Shown one piece after another: positions 9,659 through 17,868 of a stretch of DNA of 32,507 nt. The position numbers and the translations under genes were made by a program. Below the pieces are notes generated by a model. It worked only from the letters and a program-made list of their open reading frames with translations. It did not search any database and was not told the origin of the DNA. Position 1 is the first letter of the stretch; each line of letters begins with the position of its first letter. Location of the stretch: the NCBI GenBank assembly GCA_003602665.1, contig QQSG01000058.1, positions 1 through 32,507 of the forward strand, read 5' to 3'. The DNA comes from Candidatus Poseidoniales archaeon (GTDB lineage Archaea; Thermoplasmatota; Poseidoniia; Poseidoniales; Poseidoniaceae).

Positions 9659-11881
9659 ATGGGAGGCAGGAGCACAAGGCACCGGACTGGACTGTTTCTG
9701 TTATCGATTCTTATCCTTTGTCAATTACCATTGAACACACTAGCCGATGAATCACCCATTGTTTTCGTTATTGACGAACGGGTACAGATGATAACACTAG
9801 ACGCAGACACGAGTTATGACATCTCAGAACCTGTGTCCGAAGGCGATATCATCTCAGTCGCTGTTGGTTGTGATTCATGCACTGTTTCAATTGAAGAAAA
9901 CGGCACTGTAGAAACCTCGACTTCTATCGCAACAGTCGTTGCCTCCGCAACTGGTTTCGCCAACATTTCAATCTCATCTGTTGAAACAGAGACGATTACG
10001 ACATCAATCCTCGTAGCACCTGATTCTCAACATCCTTCACAGCGTCCAGCACCAGGAGATTCTTTCACTCTTGATTCCAAAGGACGTTGCGTCTCATCCG
10101 CAGAATGTGTTGATGTTCACCGTGGGAACCTAAACACCGTATCTACTGGTTCGTATTCATCTGATTGGTTTGAATCGGGGTTAGTCCGTTCTGAAACACC
10201 CGAGTATTGGGCTATTGAAGTCTTAGAAGGAGACCTTGTTGAGTTCAAACTCCACCACACCTCGGATCATATTCGGTTTGATTTCTCCTTCCAAAATTCA
10301 ACGATGGAAACATCTCTCCCTCTACTCATTGAATCTGCGACTGGCACCAATCCGGATTTGTTAACATCAACAGAATACATCGACATCCTCGAAGATGGTC
10401 GATTGATTGTTAAAATTTCTACAACTGCCGCTGAATCCGCTTATGCATTACAGCGGTCGATTCATTCCAAATCACTTACACAACAAATTGATGATAACAC
10501 GTTCACATTTACTCAGATAGGCCATACTCAATCTCAAACAGCGTTTAGTTTCAAAGAAACGAATTTTGTGAAACTTGCACCAATGGTCGAGGACATCAAG
10601 GTTGAGTTAACTGTAATGATAGGTTCAAATTGGATCTCAATGCCTGAAATCGAGATCAGTAAAAATACTGTGAAACGTATGTATGCATATCCAAATTGTA
10701 CAATGGCAATGTTGAAAATTACCTCGGACGTCCACTGGGTCGACGTGTCAATCGAATCTTTTTCTGATGGAAATCTGAGTATTGATGCACCAAATTTTAT
10801 TCCTACAGAACCCCTTAACATTGACCCTTGGCCAATATTAGTGAGTGAAAATACTGCTAATTTTGATGGTGCATTGACGTTGGCAGCATTGGATCTAAAA
10901 GATGTATACCTCTTGTCCGTTGAGGGATGGGTAGACTCGTTACATCGTGTCCACATCGTCATAAGAACCACCAACCAAGAGTTATTGGTCAAGGTCTGGG
11001 AACTCAACCAGGATACCTTTGAAACCGAAGCAGAATATACAATTGAATTCGACCCTCTTTCAAATGAAGGAGAGATATACCTCAACGTGGGCCCTGGTAA
11101 GCACCTTATCGAGTTCACGCACAGAAATGAAAACATTCTTGCAAATCAGACGTGGAGTAATGAATTACAGAGCGTATCCTACACAATCACGACCACGAAA
11201 GTGACAACAGAAGAGGGTGAAGAACCTTGGTTCCCACCTTCCGAAGAAGCGGAACTCTGGGGTGTAGTCGTTCGTTGGATTCTTGGCTTTGCAATGATTT
11301 TGCCTGCATTATTTATGTTCTACAAAATCAAATCCACTCGTTCCAAAGGACGTCGTTTGGGAGCTGTACGTGAGCGTTTGAAGATACTCACCGCATTACT
11401 CGATAGCGGCTCAGAATCTCCAAAGCAAACGAGGAAGACGCTTGTTAAATCACTTGAAGCAGTTTCAACACTGCCATGGCAATCTGCATGTGAGTCCTGG
11501 GGAACTCCAGATAGAACGTATTCGACAGAAGGAACATCTTTAGCAATTTGGAAACTAGACCAGCGTCTTTCAAAAGAGCCAGGGAACTGGCCTTTGCTCA
11601 TTGGTTTACACACTCCAGATGAGACATGGGAAGTTTCAGCATTCCGATTTGATGCACCACATGGAAGTCCATGGAACGTAACAAACGTAGAGCCTCGATT
11701 ACTGCATCAAGGTGAAGAAATATTCATTGATACAATAGCTAAGGGAACCATGATATTCTTGACCGTTGAACTTGAAGGGGATGGAACTCAGGTGGACATT
11801 GAATTAAATGGCCATGTTGGAGGAAAGCCAAGAGGAATGAGAATTCCAACGACTCTTTCACGTTCTTCGGAAGAAGAATGA
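9659..11881 (+). CDS. Type I membrane protein: signal peptide, ectodomain of about 510 aa, single TM, cytoplasmic domain of about 190 aa (orphan)
   Basis: The signal peptide is MGGRSTRHRTGLFLLSILILCQLPLNTLA. The TM helix is VVVRWILGFAMILPALFMFY, followed by KIKSTRSKGRR. The C-terminal portion looks globular (W-rich, WEVSAFRFDAPHGSPW). I recognise no family. Confidence 0.7.
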   Translation: MGGRSTRHRTGLFLLSILILCQLPLNTLADESPIVFVIDERVQMITLDADTSYDISEPVSEGDIISVAVGCDSCTVSIEENGTVETSTSIATVVASATGFANISISSVETETITTSILVAPDSQHPSQRPAPGDSFTLDSKGRCVSSAECVDVHRGNLNTVSTGSYSSDWFESGLVRSETPEYWAIEVLEGDLVEFKLHHTSDHIRFDFSFQNSTMETSLPLLIESATGTNPDLLTSTEYIDILEDGRLIVKISTTAAESAYALQRSIHSKSLTQQIDDNTFTFTQIGHTQSQTAFSFKETNFVKLAPMVEDIKVELTVMIGSNWISMPEIEISKNTVKRMYAYPNCTMAMLKITSDVHWVDVSIESFSDGNLSIDAPNFIPTEPLNIDPWPILVSENTANFDGALTLAALDLKDVYLLSVEGWVDSLHRVHIVIRTTNQELLVKVWELNQDTFETEAEYTIEFDPLSNEGEIYLNVGPGKHLIEFTHRNENILANQTWSNELQSVSYTITTTKVTTEEGEEPWFPPSEEAELWGVVVRWILGFAMILPALFMFYKIKSTRSKGRRLGAVRERLKILTALLDSGSESPKQTRKTLVKSLEAVSTLPWQSACESWGTPDRTYSTEGTSLAIWKLDQRLSKEPGNWPLLIGLHTPDETWEVSAFRFDAPHGSPWNVTNVEPRLLHQGEEIFIDTIAKGTMIFLTVELEGDGTQVDIELNGHVGGKPRGMRIPTTLSRSSEEE

Positions 11882-13015
11882 TCATCCATTGATTCTACGA
11901 TCTGCAGCATCGTCAAGAATTGTTTGCAATTGATCCTCTGGATTGAGTCCTTCTTTCATTGCCTTCAATTGCTTCTTTTCAGCTTTAGAAATAGACCGAG
12001 GCATGTGTAATTTGAGAAGTACGATGACATCGCCTCTCCCATTTCGCCTTAATCGAGGTAGTCCCCTTTTCTTGATTTCAAGAGTATGGCCTGCAGATGA
12101 TTTGGCAGGTATGACAATGTCCAATGTTTTGCCATCAATATGGTCAAGTGTGATTGTTGTACCAAGCACAAGGTCAGGATACCCTAGAGGAAGAGACATT
12201 ATCAAATCAGAACCATTTCGTTCAAACCATGGATGTGTTAGAACTTCAATCTCAACGAGTAGATCTCCATTCTTTCCTTGCCCCCGTTCGGCAGGCTGAC
12301 CTTGACCACGTAACCGAAGACGTGTTCCGTCTTCCGCACCAGGAGGTACCGAAAACCGAATTGTCTTCGATTCAATTTTATGCCCAAGTCCTGAACAATC
12401 TTCACACTTGGAATCTATTGTTGAACCTACACCAGCACATTCACGACAGTCCTGGACGACTTCATTGACGAACGGGCCTATTTGTTGACGAACTCGTACT
12501 CTTCCTTGACCTTGACACGTATCACATGAGGTAGTACTGCCTCCCTTGGCGCCAGTACCACTGCAGATGATGCATTCGCTTGGAAGATCCAGTTCTATTG
12601 ATTCATCACTGCCAGAAATAACAGTTGCTAAATCGATACTATGACGGACGAGGATATCCGACCCTCTTCGCTCCCTGCGTCGTCCGCCTCCTCCTCCGCC
12701 TCCGAAGAAGCCTGAGAAGAAATCACCTCCAAGAAGGTCTTCTAAATTAATATTAAATCCACCACCTGAAAATCCTCCAAAGGGATTACCTCCAGGCGAA
12801 TCATGTCCAAAGCGATCGTAATGGGCTCTTTTTTCTGAATCAGAGAGCACAGCATAGGCTTCTTGAATTTCCTTAAACTTATTTTCTGCATCATCTTCTT
12901 CGCTTCGATCAGGATGATATTTCCTTGCGAGACGTCGGAATGAATTTTTCAAGTCCTTTTCAGTTGCAGTACGTTCAACGTCAAGCACTTCGTAGTAGTC
13001 TCGCTTGTCGCTCAA
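11882..13015 (-). CDS. dnaJ: Chaperone DnaJ (type I Hsp40)
   Basis: The J domain reads DYYEVLDVERTATEKDLKNSFRRLARKYHPD. A G/F-rich linker (FGGFSGGGF...GGGGGG) follows, then four CxxCxGxG zinc-finger repeats (CIICSGTG, CDTCQGQG, CRECAGVG, CEDCSGLG) and the C-terminal substrate-binding domains. The start codon is TTG (13013-13015) with GGTGG 4 nt upstream. Confidence 0.93.
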   Translation of the reverse strand: MSDKRDYYEVLDVERTATEKDLKNSFRRLARKYHPDRSEEDDAENKFKEIQEAYAVLSDSEKRAHYDRFGHDSPGGNPFGGFSGGGFNINLEDLLGGDFFSGFFGGGGGGGRRRERRGSDILVRHSIDLATVISGSDESIELDLPSECIICSGTGAKGGSTTSCDTCQGQGRVRVRQQIGPFVNEVVQDCRECAGVGSTIDSKCEDCSGLGHKIESKTIRFSVPPGAEDGTRLRLRGQGQPAERGQGKNGDLLVEIEVLTHPWFERNGSDLIMSLPLGYPDLVLGTTITLDHIDGKTLDIVIPAKSSAGHTLEIKKRGLPRLRRNGRGDVIVLLKLHMPRSISKAEKKQLKAMKEGLNPEDQLQTILDDAADRRING

Positions 13016-13019
13016 AGTG

Positions 13020-13024
13020 CCACC
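13020..13024 (-). promoter_or_regulatory. Shine-Dalgarno-like GGTGG upstream of the dnaJ TTG start
   Basis: The minus strand reads GGTGGcactTTG. GGTG is complementary to the conserved CACC in the 3' end of archaeal 16S rRNA (established consensus; the rRNA is not in this window). Confidence 0.45.
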
Positions 13025-13067
13025 AATTCATTGGGCTGCGACCACCCACTAAAACCTCACGATACGA

Positions 13068-14003
13068 TTAGGATGAAAGTGTGGTTCCACAGGATTGACA
13101 ATAACGCTCACCAGGAGGGTTGTTAAAGCCACATCCAGAACATCCAGAAGATGGTCCAGAAGATTGCATCTGCATAGGTGGAGCCCGAGCTTGAACTGTT
13201 CCAAGCATTGCCATTGATTCAATCGATTGACTGGATACTGCCGGCACATCTGGTATTTGTTCTACGCTTTGTTCGGTTGAACTAATGACACCTCCATCGT
13301 CGCTCATGGACGTCATGGTATCCATTTTGTTGGATTTCTTATCAGAGGTCTCCTTTACTTTCTGGATTGGCGCCACAGGACGCTGGGCTACAACAGGAGA
13401 TTGTTGAGCGTTCGAATGGAGTCGTTGCAGTCTCTTTTGCTCACGCTCGGTTTCAACGTCCTTACCGAACAGTCCGTAGATGCTGTCAATTACTCCGTCC
13501 ATCCAACTTTTCTTTCGAACCGAACCAACTGTTGAATCGATTTCCTCACCATCAAAATCTGACTTTCCAGACAAACGGTTTGAGGCTTTTTGGACAATAC
13601 CTTGTTCTGTAAGGAGACGCACTTCCGAATCTTCATCCTCTTTCACTTGCAATTCAGGAGCCTCTCGGTCAAACGTTCCTATGGTTGAATTGAGTTTGTC
13701 TTTGTCGAGGGCTACATCTGAACTGAGTTCAACATCTTTTTCCCAGACACCCTTGGATTCTGCTTCGTAAACATTCTTCATCTTTTTCATGATTTCAAAA
13801 CGTCGATATTCGTGATCTTTTGTAACCTGAGTCCGCTTGTAAAGGAGGAATCCAATCAAGGCTCCCATACTATACCAAATGCAAAAATAAATCCAACTTA
13901 ATGAAAGAATATCGCCTAATGGTTCGACAACAACTTGTAAACTCGCCATGACAAAGAGGGGCAAAAGAAACAGCCCAATGGCCGTCGTTTTCTTTGTCGT
14001 CAT
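13068..14003 (-). CDS. Membrane protein with two N-terminal TM helices, a long charged linker and a C-terminal zinc ribbon
   Basis: The TM helices are AIGLFLLPLFVMASLQVVV and WIYFCIWYSMGALIGFLLY. A low-complexity K/E/D/S-rich region of about 200 aa follows. The C-terminus carries CSGCGFNNPPGERYCQSCG (CxxC-x10-CxxC). Confidence 0.65.
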   Translation of the reverse strand: MTTKKTTAIGLFLLPLFVMASLQVVVEPLGDILSLSWIYFCIWYSMGALIGFLLYKRTQVTKDHEYRRFEIMKKMKNVYEAESKGVWEKDVELSSDVALDKDKLNSTIGTFDREAPELQVKEDEDSEVRLLTEQGIVQKASNRLSGKSDFDGEEIDSTVGSVRKKSWMDGVIDSIYGLFGKDVETEREQKRLQRLHSNAQQSPVVAQRPVAPIQKVKETSDKKSNKMDTMTSMSDDGGVISSTEQSVEQIPDVPAVSSQSIESMAMLGTVQARAPPMQMQSSGPSSGCSGCGFNNPPGERYCQSCGTTLSS

Positions 14004-14051
14004 GCTTTCAACTCCGGACGTTGCTTCTTATGTATTCTCTATTCATGTTCA

Positions 14052-15077
14052 TCAACGATCTCGAGATGCTCGACCTTTTCGAGCAGAGCCATCTAAGAGT
14101 CCGATTGTAAATCCAACGTGAAGAATGAGAAGGCATAATGGAACTCCTAGGAGATTGAATATCCCTTTTCTCGAAGAATAGATACCTGATAACAACAGAA
14201 CAGAAGTGTATGCTAGAAGAGGGAATAGCCACCATTGGAAACTAAACACAAAGAGTCCTACTGTGAGCATAGCCCCAAACAAAGGAAGAAATTCTCTAAA
14301 GACGATTCTAGAAGGGTGCTTCATCAGCACTTTCGTCCTCCAAAAACCGTAGCGGTGGCTCATAAGATACCAAGACTTCAGAGAGGTCCTACGCTTCATC
14401 TCAACCACTACTTTTGGAGTACGATAAAGCGTGAATCCTTCCTTAATTAATCGCATACTTAGATCACTATCTTGACTTGTGATGAACCGCTCATCCCAAC
14501 CCTTCACCTTTTCCAAAGCAGTTCGTAAGTGCAGAGCAAACGCTGGAGTCTTGGTCTCGCCTTCTCTTGTGAATGTTGAAAATTGTCCGGGACCTCCACC
14601 GAAAGGATTCCGTAGCGTTTCATCAATTAATGACTCAACAATCGTACTTTTCTGAGAGCTCCCAACCACTTTGCAACCCAATGCTGCCAGCAACGGGTAT
14701 CGTTTAGCAATACGTTCCCATTCGGATTTGAGCAGAAACAAATGTCCTGGGTCAGAGGCAATGTGTCCATTGTATTCAAGAATGTGAGTAATACTCTCAG
14801 GAAGATGTTCTAAAGCCATGTTTCGAGCATGTGGAACATATCGGTTTTCATTATGCAATAACACGATTTGAGGACCACGGTTTGCCTTAGATTTGGTAAT
14901 CAATTCATTCACAATGAATACGGTAGAATCTGTTGATCCTCCATCGATTACGAAAATCATATGTTCGCTGGATGGAAGCGTTTGCGATATCAAAGACGAT
15001 AGACAATTACCGATGTGTTGTTCCTCATTTAGAACTGGGATGACGGTCGCAAGCCAAGGGTTTTGCTCTGCCGCCAT
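14052..15077 (-). CDS. Family 2 glycosyltransferase, membrane-anchored by C-terminal TM helices
   Basis: VIPVLNEEQHIGNCLSSLISQT and VIDGGSTDST are GT-A/GT2 signatures. TSQDSDLSMRL is a DxD/ED-like region. The C-terminal hydrophobic segments are LPLFGAMLTVGLFVFSF, LLAYTSVLLLSGIY and LLGVPLCLLILHVGFTIGLL. Confidence 0.85.
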   Translation of the reverse strand: MAAEQNPWLATVIPVLNEEQHIGNCLSSLISQTLPSSEHMIFVIDGGSTDSTVFIVNELITKSKANRGPQIVLLHNENRYVPHARNMALEHLPESITHILEYNGHIASDPGHLFLLKSEWERIAKRYPLLAALGCKVVGSSQKSTIVESLIDETLRNPFGGGPGQFSTFTREGETKTPAFALHLRTALEKVKGWDERFITSQDSDLSMRLIKEGFTLYRTPKVVVEMKRRTSLKSWYLMSHRYGFWRTKVLMKHPSRIVFREFLPLFGAMLTVGLFVFSFQWWLFPLLAYTSVLLLSGIYSSRKGIFNLLGVPLCLLILHVGFTIGLLDGSARKGRASRDR

Positions 15078-15154
15078 ACATCGACATCGAAGATGTGGTT
15101 TTGACTCTTCACCTTAGAAGCAGATTGAAAAGCGGTTTATGCATCCCTGTACTC

Positions 15155-15667
15155 ATGGACATCAAACCATTAACCTACAATGGCAGAGATGAAGGTATTT
15201 CCGTCTCACTGACAACGATTTTGAAACCTGGTGACGATGGTTCCAAAATTTCAGAAGCTGTGGTCAACCTCTTTCCAGAAGCCTCATTCGATAGTATGGA
15301 AGAAGAGTCCTTCCCTTCTCTTCAGAACATGACCATCGAATGTCTTAATCTATCACTCGAAACGTTCCTTGCACAAATTCGCCAACAAGCCATCCTAGAC
15401 ACGGCTATGGATGCAATGGCTAAGAATTTGGATGGAAACACGACTCAATTTTCAATATCAAGACTCGCTGCTTTCGCAAATAAAATTGCATTTACAAATG
15501 AGGAAACACCTCTCGGAGGTTGTTTTAAAATCCGACTTGAAGGTTCTGGTCTTGGAGATTGGATTGAAGCAGCAACTTGGCATAATGGTCGACAAGAAAT
15601 TCCACGTCAGTTACATGATGAATTGGCAATGCTTCAAGATGGAGAAGCCTCAACATGGCATCAATAA
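15155..15667 (+). CDS. UPF0201/COG1931-like putative RNA-binding protein
   Basis: AVVNLFPEA, IRQQAILDTAMDAM, SISRLAAFANKIAF and ETPLGGCFKIRLEG resemble the conserved blocks of the archaeal UPF0201 family as I remember them. I prefer the ATG at 15155 (MDIKPL) over the start at 15095. Confidence 0.5.
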   Translation: MDIKPLTYNGRDEGISVSLTTILKPGDDGSKISEAVVNLFPEASFDSMEEESFPSLQNMTIECLNLSLETFLAQIRQQAILDTAMDAMAKNLDGNTTQFSISRLAAFANKIAFTNEETPLGGCFKIRLEGSGLGDWIEAATWHNGRQEIPRQLHDELAMLQDGEASTWHQ

Positions 15668-16647
15668 CCCAAGTCCTGTAGATGTTTGACAATCGGAAGG
15701 TCAGCTTCCAACCAATCAAGTTCCGATGAATCCTCAGAATTCACCCATTTCATCGATTTATGGACCGTTAATGCAGAAGAATCGAGAGAATCTTCTGTCG
15801 ATACGAGAAATACATGTAATTCAACATGCAAGAAGGGATAGGTGAATGACCATATACCCAACTTTTCATTGATAGTTGATTCGACATCAAGTTCCTCTTT
15901 TAATTCTCGAATCATTGCCTCTTCAGGCGATTCATTGGCTTCGACACTGCCACCTGGAAACTCCCATTTCCCAGACCCTATCTCCGAATCAGATCTTTGC
16001 ATAGCGAGATATTGAGTTTCAGTATGGAAAACACCAGCAGCAACTTGTATGGAAGGTCTGTAAAGCATGTGTGATATGACATCGCGAATAAGTTGGATGC
16101 CATCTGATGTTGCTAAATGCGATGAATCTGGAAGGTGGAGAAATAAACAGGGGACATCAACATCAGATGCACGCAGTGCGTCAAGCGTTCGATAATACGT
16201 TTCATTGCACAAGTATCGACCTGCATCGTTTGAAAGTGTCGGCTTAATCTTCCAAGAATTAATATTCCATCGTTTGACTTGAACTGGCGTCATCAAATCG
16301 CCATTTCCCCCTATCGTTCCTTGAACAATTTGACGTCCTGAATTATCTGGAATGTTCATATCAAGTGCATCTTGAGCGCGAAGTTCAATTCTGGAATCAG
16401 TACATTCACCACAGAGTCCAAGATGAAGAATTGCATCCCATTCTCTTGATTCCAGCTGATCTCTTGTCCAGGTGGAACCCTCGACATCAACAGTCAATAT
16501 TTTCTTTTCAATCGAAATCTCACTTCGTCCGGGGCCAAAGGGGTTTCTTATTGGAAGAACCGTAGGCATTGAATTCACCAACTTCTCAGAGATATTCTCA
16601 ACATGTTCTCCAAATGGCATGAACCCTGTGAGTAAGACCCTCGGCAT
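15661..16647 (-). CDS. Fusion protein: pyroglutamyl peptidase I (peptidase C15) N-terminal domain plus Nudix (MutT-like) hydrolase C-terminal domain
   Basis: The Pcp blocks are RVLLTGFMPFG, HLGLCGECTDSRIELRA (Glu), AGRYLCNETYY (Cys) and LFLHLP (His). The Nudix box is GGSVEANESPEEAMIRELKEELDV, i.e. Gx5Ex7REUxEExGU with D in place of the last G, preceded by GKWEFPGG. I prefer the ATG at 16647 (MPRVLL); the ATG at 16662 and the GTG at 16704 are alternatives. Confidence 0.8.
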   Translation of the reverse strand: MPRVLLTGFMPFGEHVENISEKLVNSMPTVLPIRNPFGPGRSEISIEKKILTVDVEGSTWTRDQLESREWDAILHLGLCGECTDSRIELRAQDALDMNIPDNSGRQIVQGTIGGNGDLMTPVQVKRWNINSWKIKPTLSNDAGRYLCNETYYRTLDALRASDVDVPCLFLHLPDSSHLATSDGIQLIRDVISHMLYRPSIQVAAGVFHTETQYLAMQRSDSEIGSGKWEFPGGSVEANESPEEAMIRELKEELDVESTINEKLGIWSFTYPFLHVELHVFLVSTEDSLDSSALTVHKSMKWVNSEDSSELDWLEADLPIVKHLQDLGY

Positions 16648-16726
16648 GGATAACCCTAACATCGAATGTTCTTGATTCTGATGCAAAGTTGGCAACAGAT
16701 TCACAAACCAATGGTTCTACCAACGT

Positions 16727-17056
16727 ATGAAGCCTATGAGTTCTACGACTCAATCTAAACTAGCGCCATTACGATTGGTACGTGAAATTTGGAGAGAAAT
16801 ATTCCTTGGCGTTGGGATGTGGGGTGCTTTCCGTCCCATCTTCGCAGCCATATTGGCCGCAATCCCTGGGCTTTTCCTAGGACAACACTTCAACCGAAAA
16901 CATCGAAGAGCGTTCGATTGGACCTTACTTCAAATCCCTTTAGCCCTAACAATTGTTCTTTACGTCCCACTCTGGCTATGGTCTATTTATGATGCATGGA
17001 GAGATGCAACAGTCATCGTAGCTGATTCAAAAAAGAATCAAGGACGCCATAATTGA
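16727..17056 (+). CDS. Small integral membrane protein (109 aa, 2-3 TM helices)
   Basis: The hydrophobic segments are IFLGVGMWGAFRPIFAAILAAIPGLFLG and LLQIPLALTIVLYVPLWLWSIY. Its 3' end overlaps the convergent metalloprotease gene by 19 nt. Confidence 0.5.
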   Translation: MKPMSSTTQSKLAPLRLVREIWREIFLGVGMWGAFRPIFAAILAAIPGLFLGQHFNRKHRRAFDWTLLQIPLALTIVLYVPLWLWSIYDAWRDATVIVADSKKNQGRHN

Positions 17057-17829
17057 TCAGTCGTTGAAATCTCTCCAGACTTCATTCCTTCTAGATCTGC
17101 TAAATCATCTTCATCGAATTCACTAGGTAAATCTCCAGAGAAAAATGCACCTAAACTCTGGGATTCCACCGCCCAGTACATCACAGATTCATCGTTGTTT
17201 GAATGACCTGGATGGTCCGCATCCTCATGATCAGCAGGCGAAGTATAAACGAGATTAACAAGACCAAGAAGATGACCAAATTCATGAATCATAACACTGT
17301 TCTCTACTTCCTCAGAGGATGGCCGATTAAACAAACCGTTAGCCTCATCAATTGAATCACCAAACAATGCTATCGTAGATGCATCAACAGCGACACCTAG
17401 GACACTGTCATCTGAATAAGAGCCTTGAGGCATAATAACATGCCAACGAAGTGTAGAGCCACTTTGTGGAGATTCTTCCATTGTATCATGAGCGACGGAG
17501 CGAACCAAATCGGCATTCCAAGAAGACGTCTCCGAGAATGTATGCTCGTTCAAACTCATGGAGATGCCACCTGGTTTGTCACATACTTGTTCAAGTCGTT
17601 GTTTCAATAAAGAGATGGTACTGCTTTCTGGAGCATAACCGGGTGCATAATCGATTTCAACAACCATTTTCGAGTAAGTGTCACTTCGCAAACAAGCTAG
17701 TGTCAAACCTCCAACATTACCCCAGGATTCTCCATTAATAGCATCAGATATTTCATCTAAACAGCCTGCCATTGGCACTGTAACAAGAAGAGATGCCAAA
17801 AAAATACCGAGCAGAGATTGCTTGCTCAT
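17038..17829 (-). CDS. Secreted/lipoprotein zinc metalloprotease (HEXXH zincin, metzincin-like)
   Basis: The signal peptide has a lipobox-like LLVTVPMAGC. The HEXXH site is VMIHEFGHLLGL, with nearby His/Asp residues (HEDADHPGHS) and a possible Met-turn (SVMYW). Tandem AGGAG motifs sit 4 and 10 nt upstream of the ATG (17834-17844). Confidence 0.75.
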   Translation of the reverse strand: MSKQSLLGIFLASLLVTVPMAGCLDEISDAINGESWGNVGGLTLACLRSDTYSKMVVEIDYAPGYAPESSTISLLKQRLEQVCDKPGGISMSLNEHTFSETSSWNADLVRSVAHDTMEESPQSGSTLRWHVIMPQGSYSDDSVLGVAVDASTIALFGDSIDEANGLFNRPSSEEVENSVMIHEFGHLLGLVNLVYTSPADHEDADHPGHSNNDESVMYWAVESQSLGAFFSGDLPSEFDEDDLADLEGMKSGEISTTDQLWRP

Positions 17830-17868
17830 AGTGCTCCTTCTCCTAGGTTCTTCTTGAATGTCATCATA

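Noticed and set aside
10534-11136. 200-aa minus-strand ORF inside the 740-aa membrane protein gene.
   Set aside because: It is fully antisense to a 740-aa ORF that has a coherent signal peptide/TM architecture. It has no motif and is probably a chance open frame.
12684-12712. GC-rich low-complexity run (CCGCCTCCTCCTCCGCCTCCG).
   Set aside because: It is the reverse complement of the Gly-rich (GGGGGG) linker of DnaJ, which is ordinary for type I Hsp40. It is not a regulatory element.
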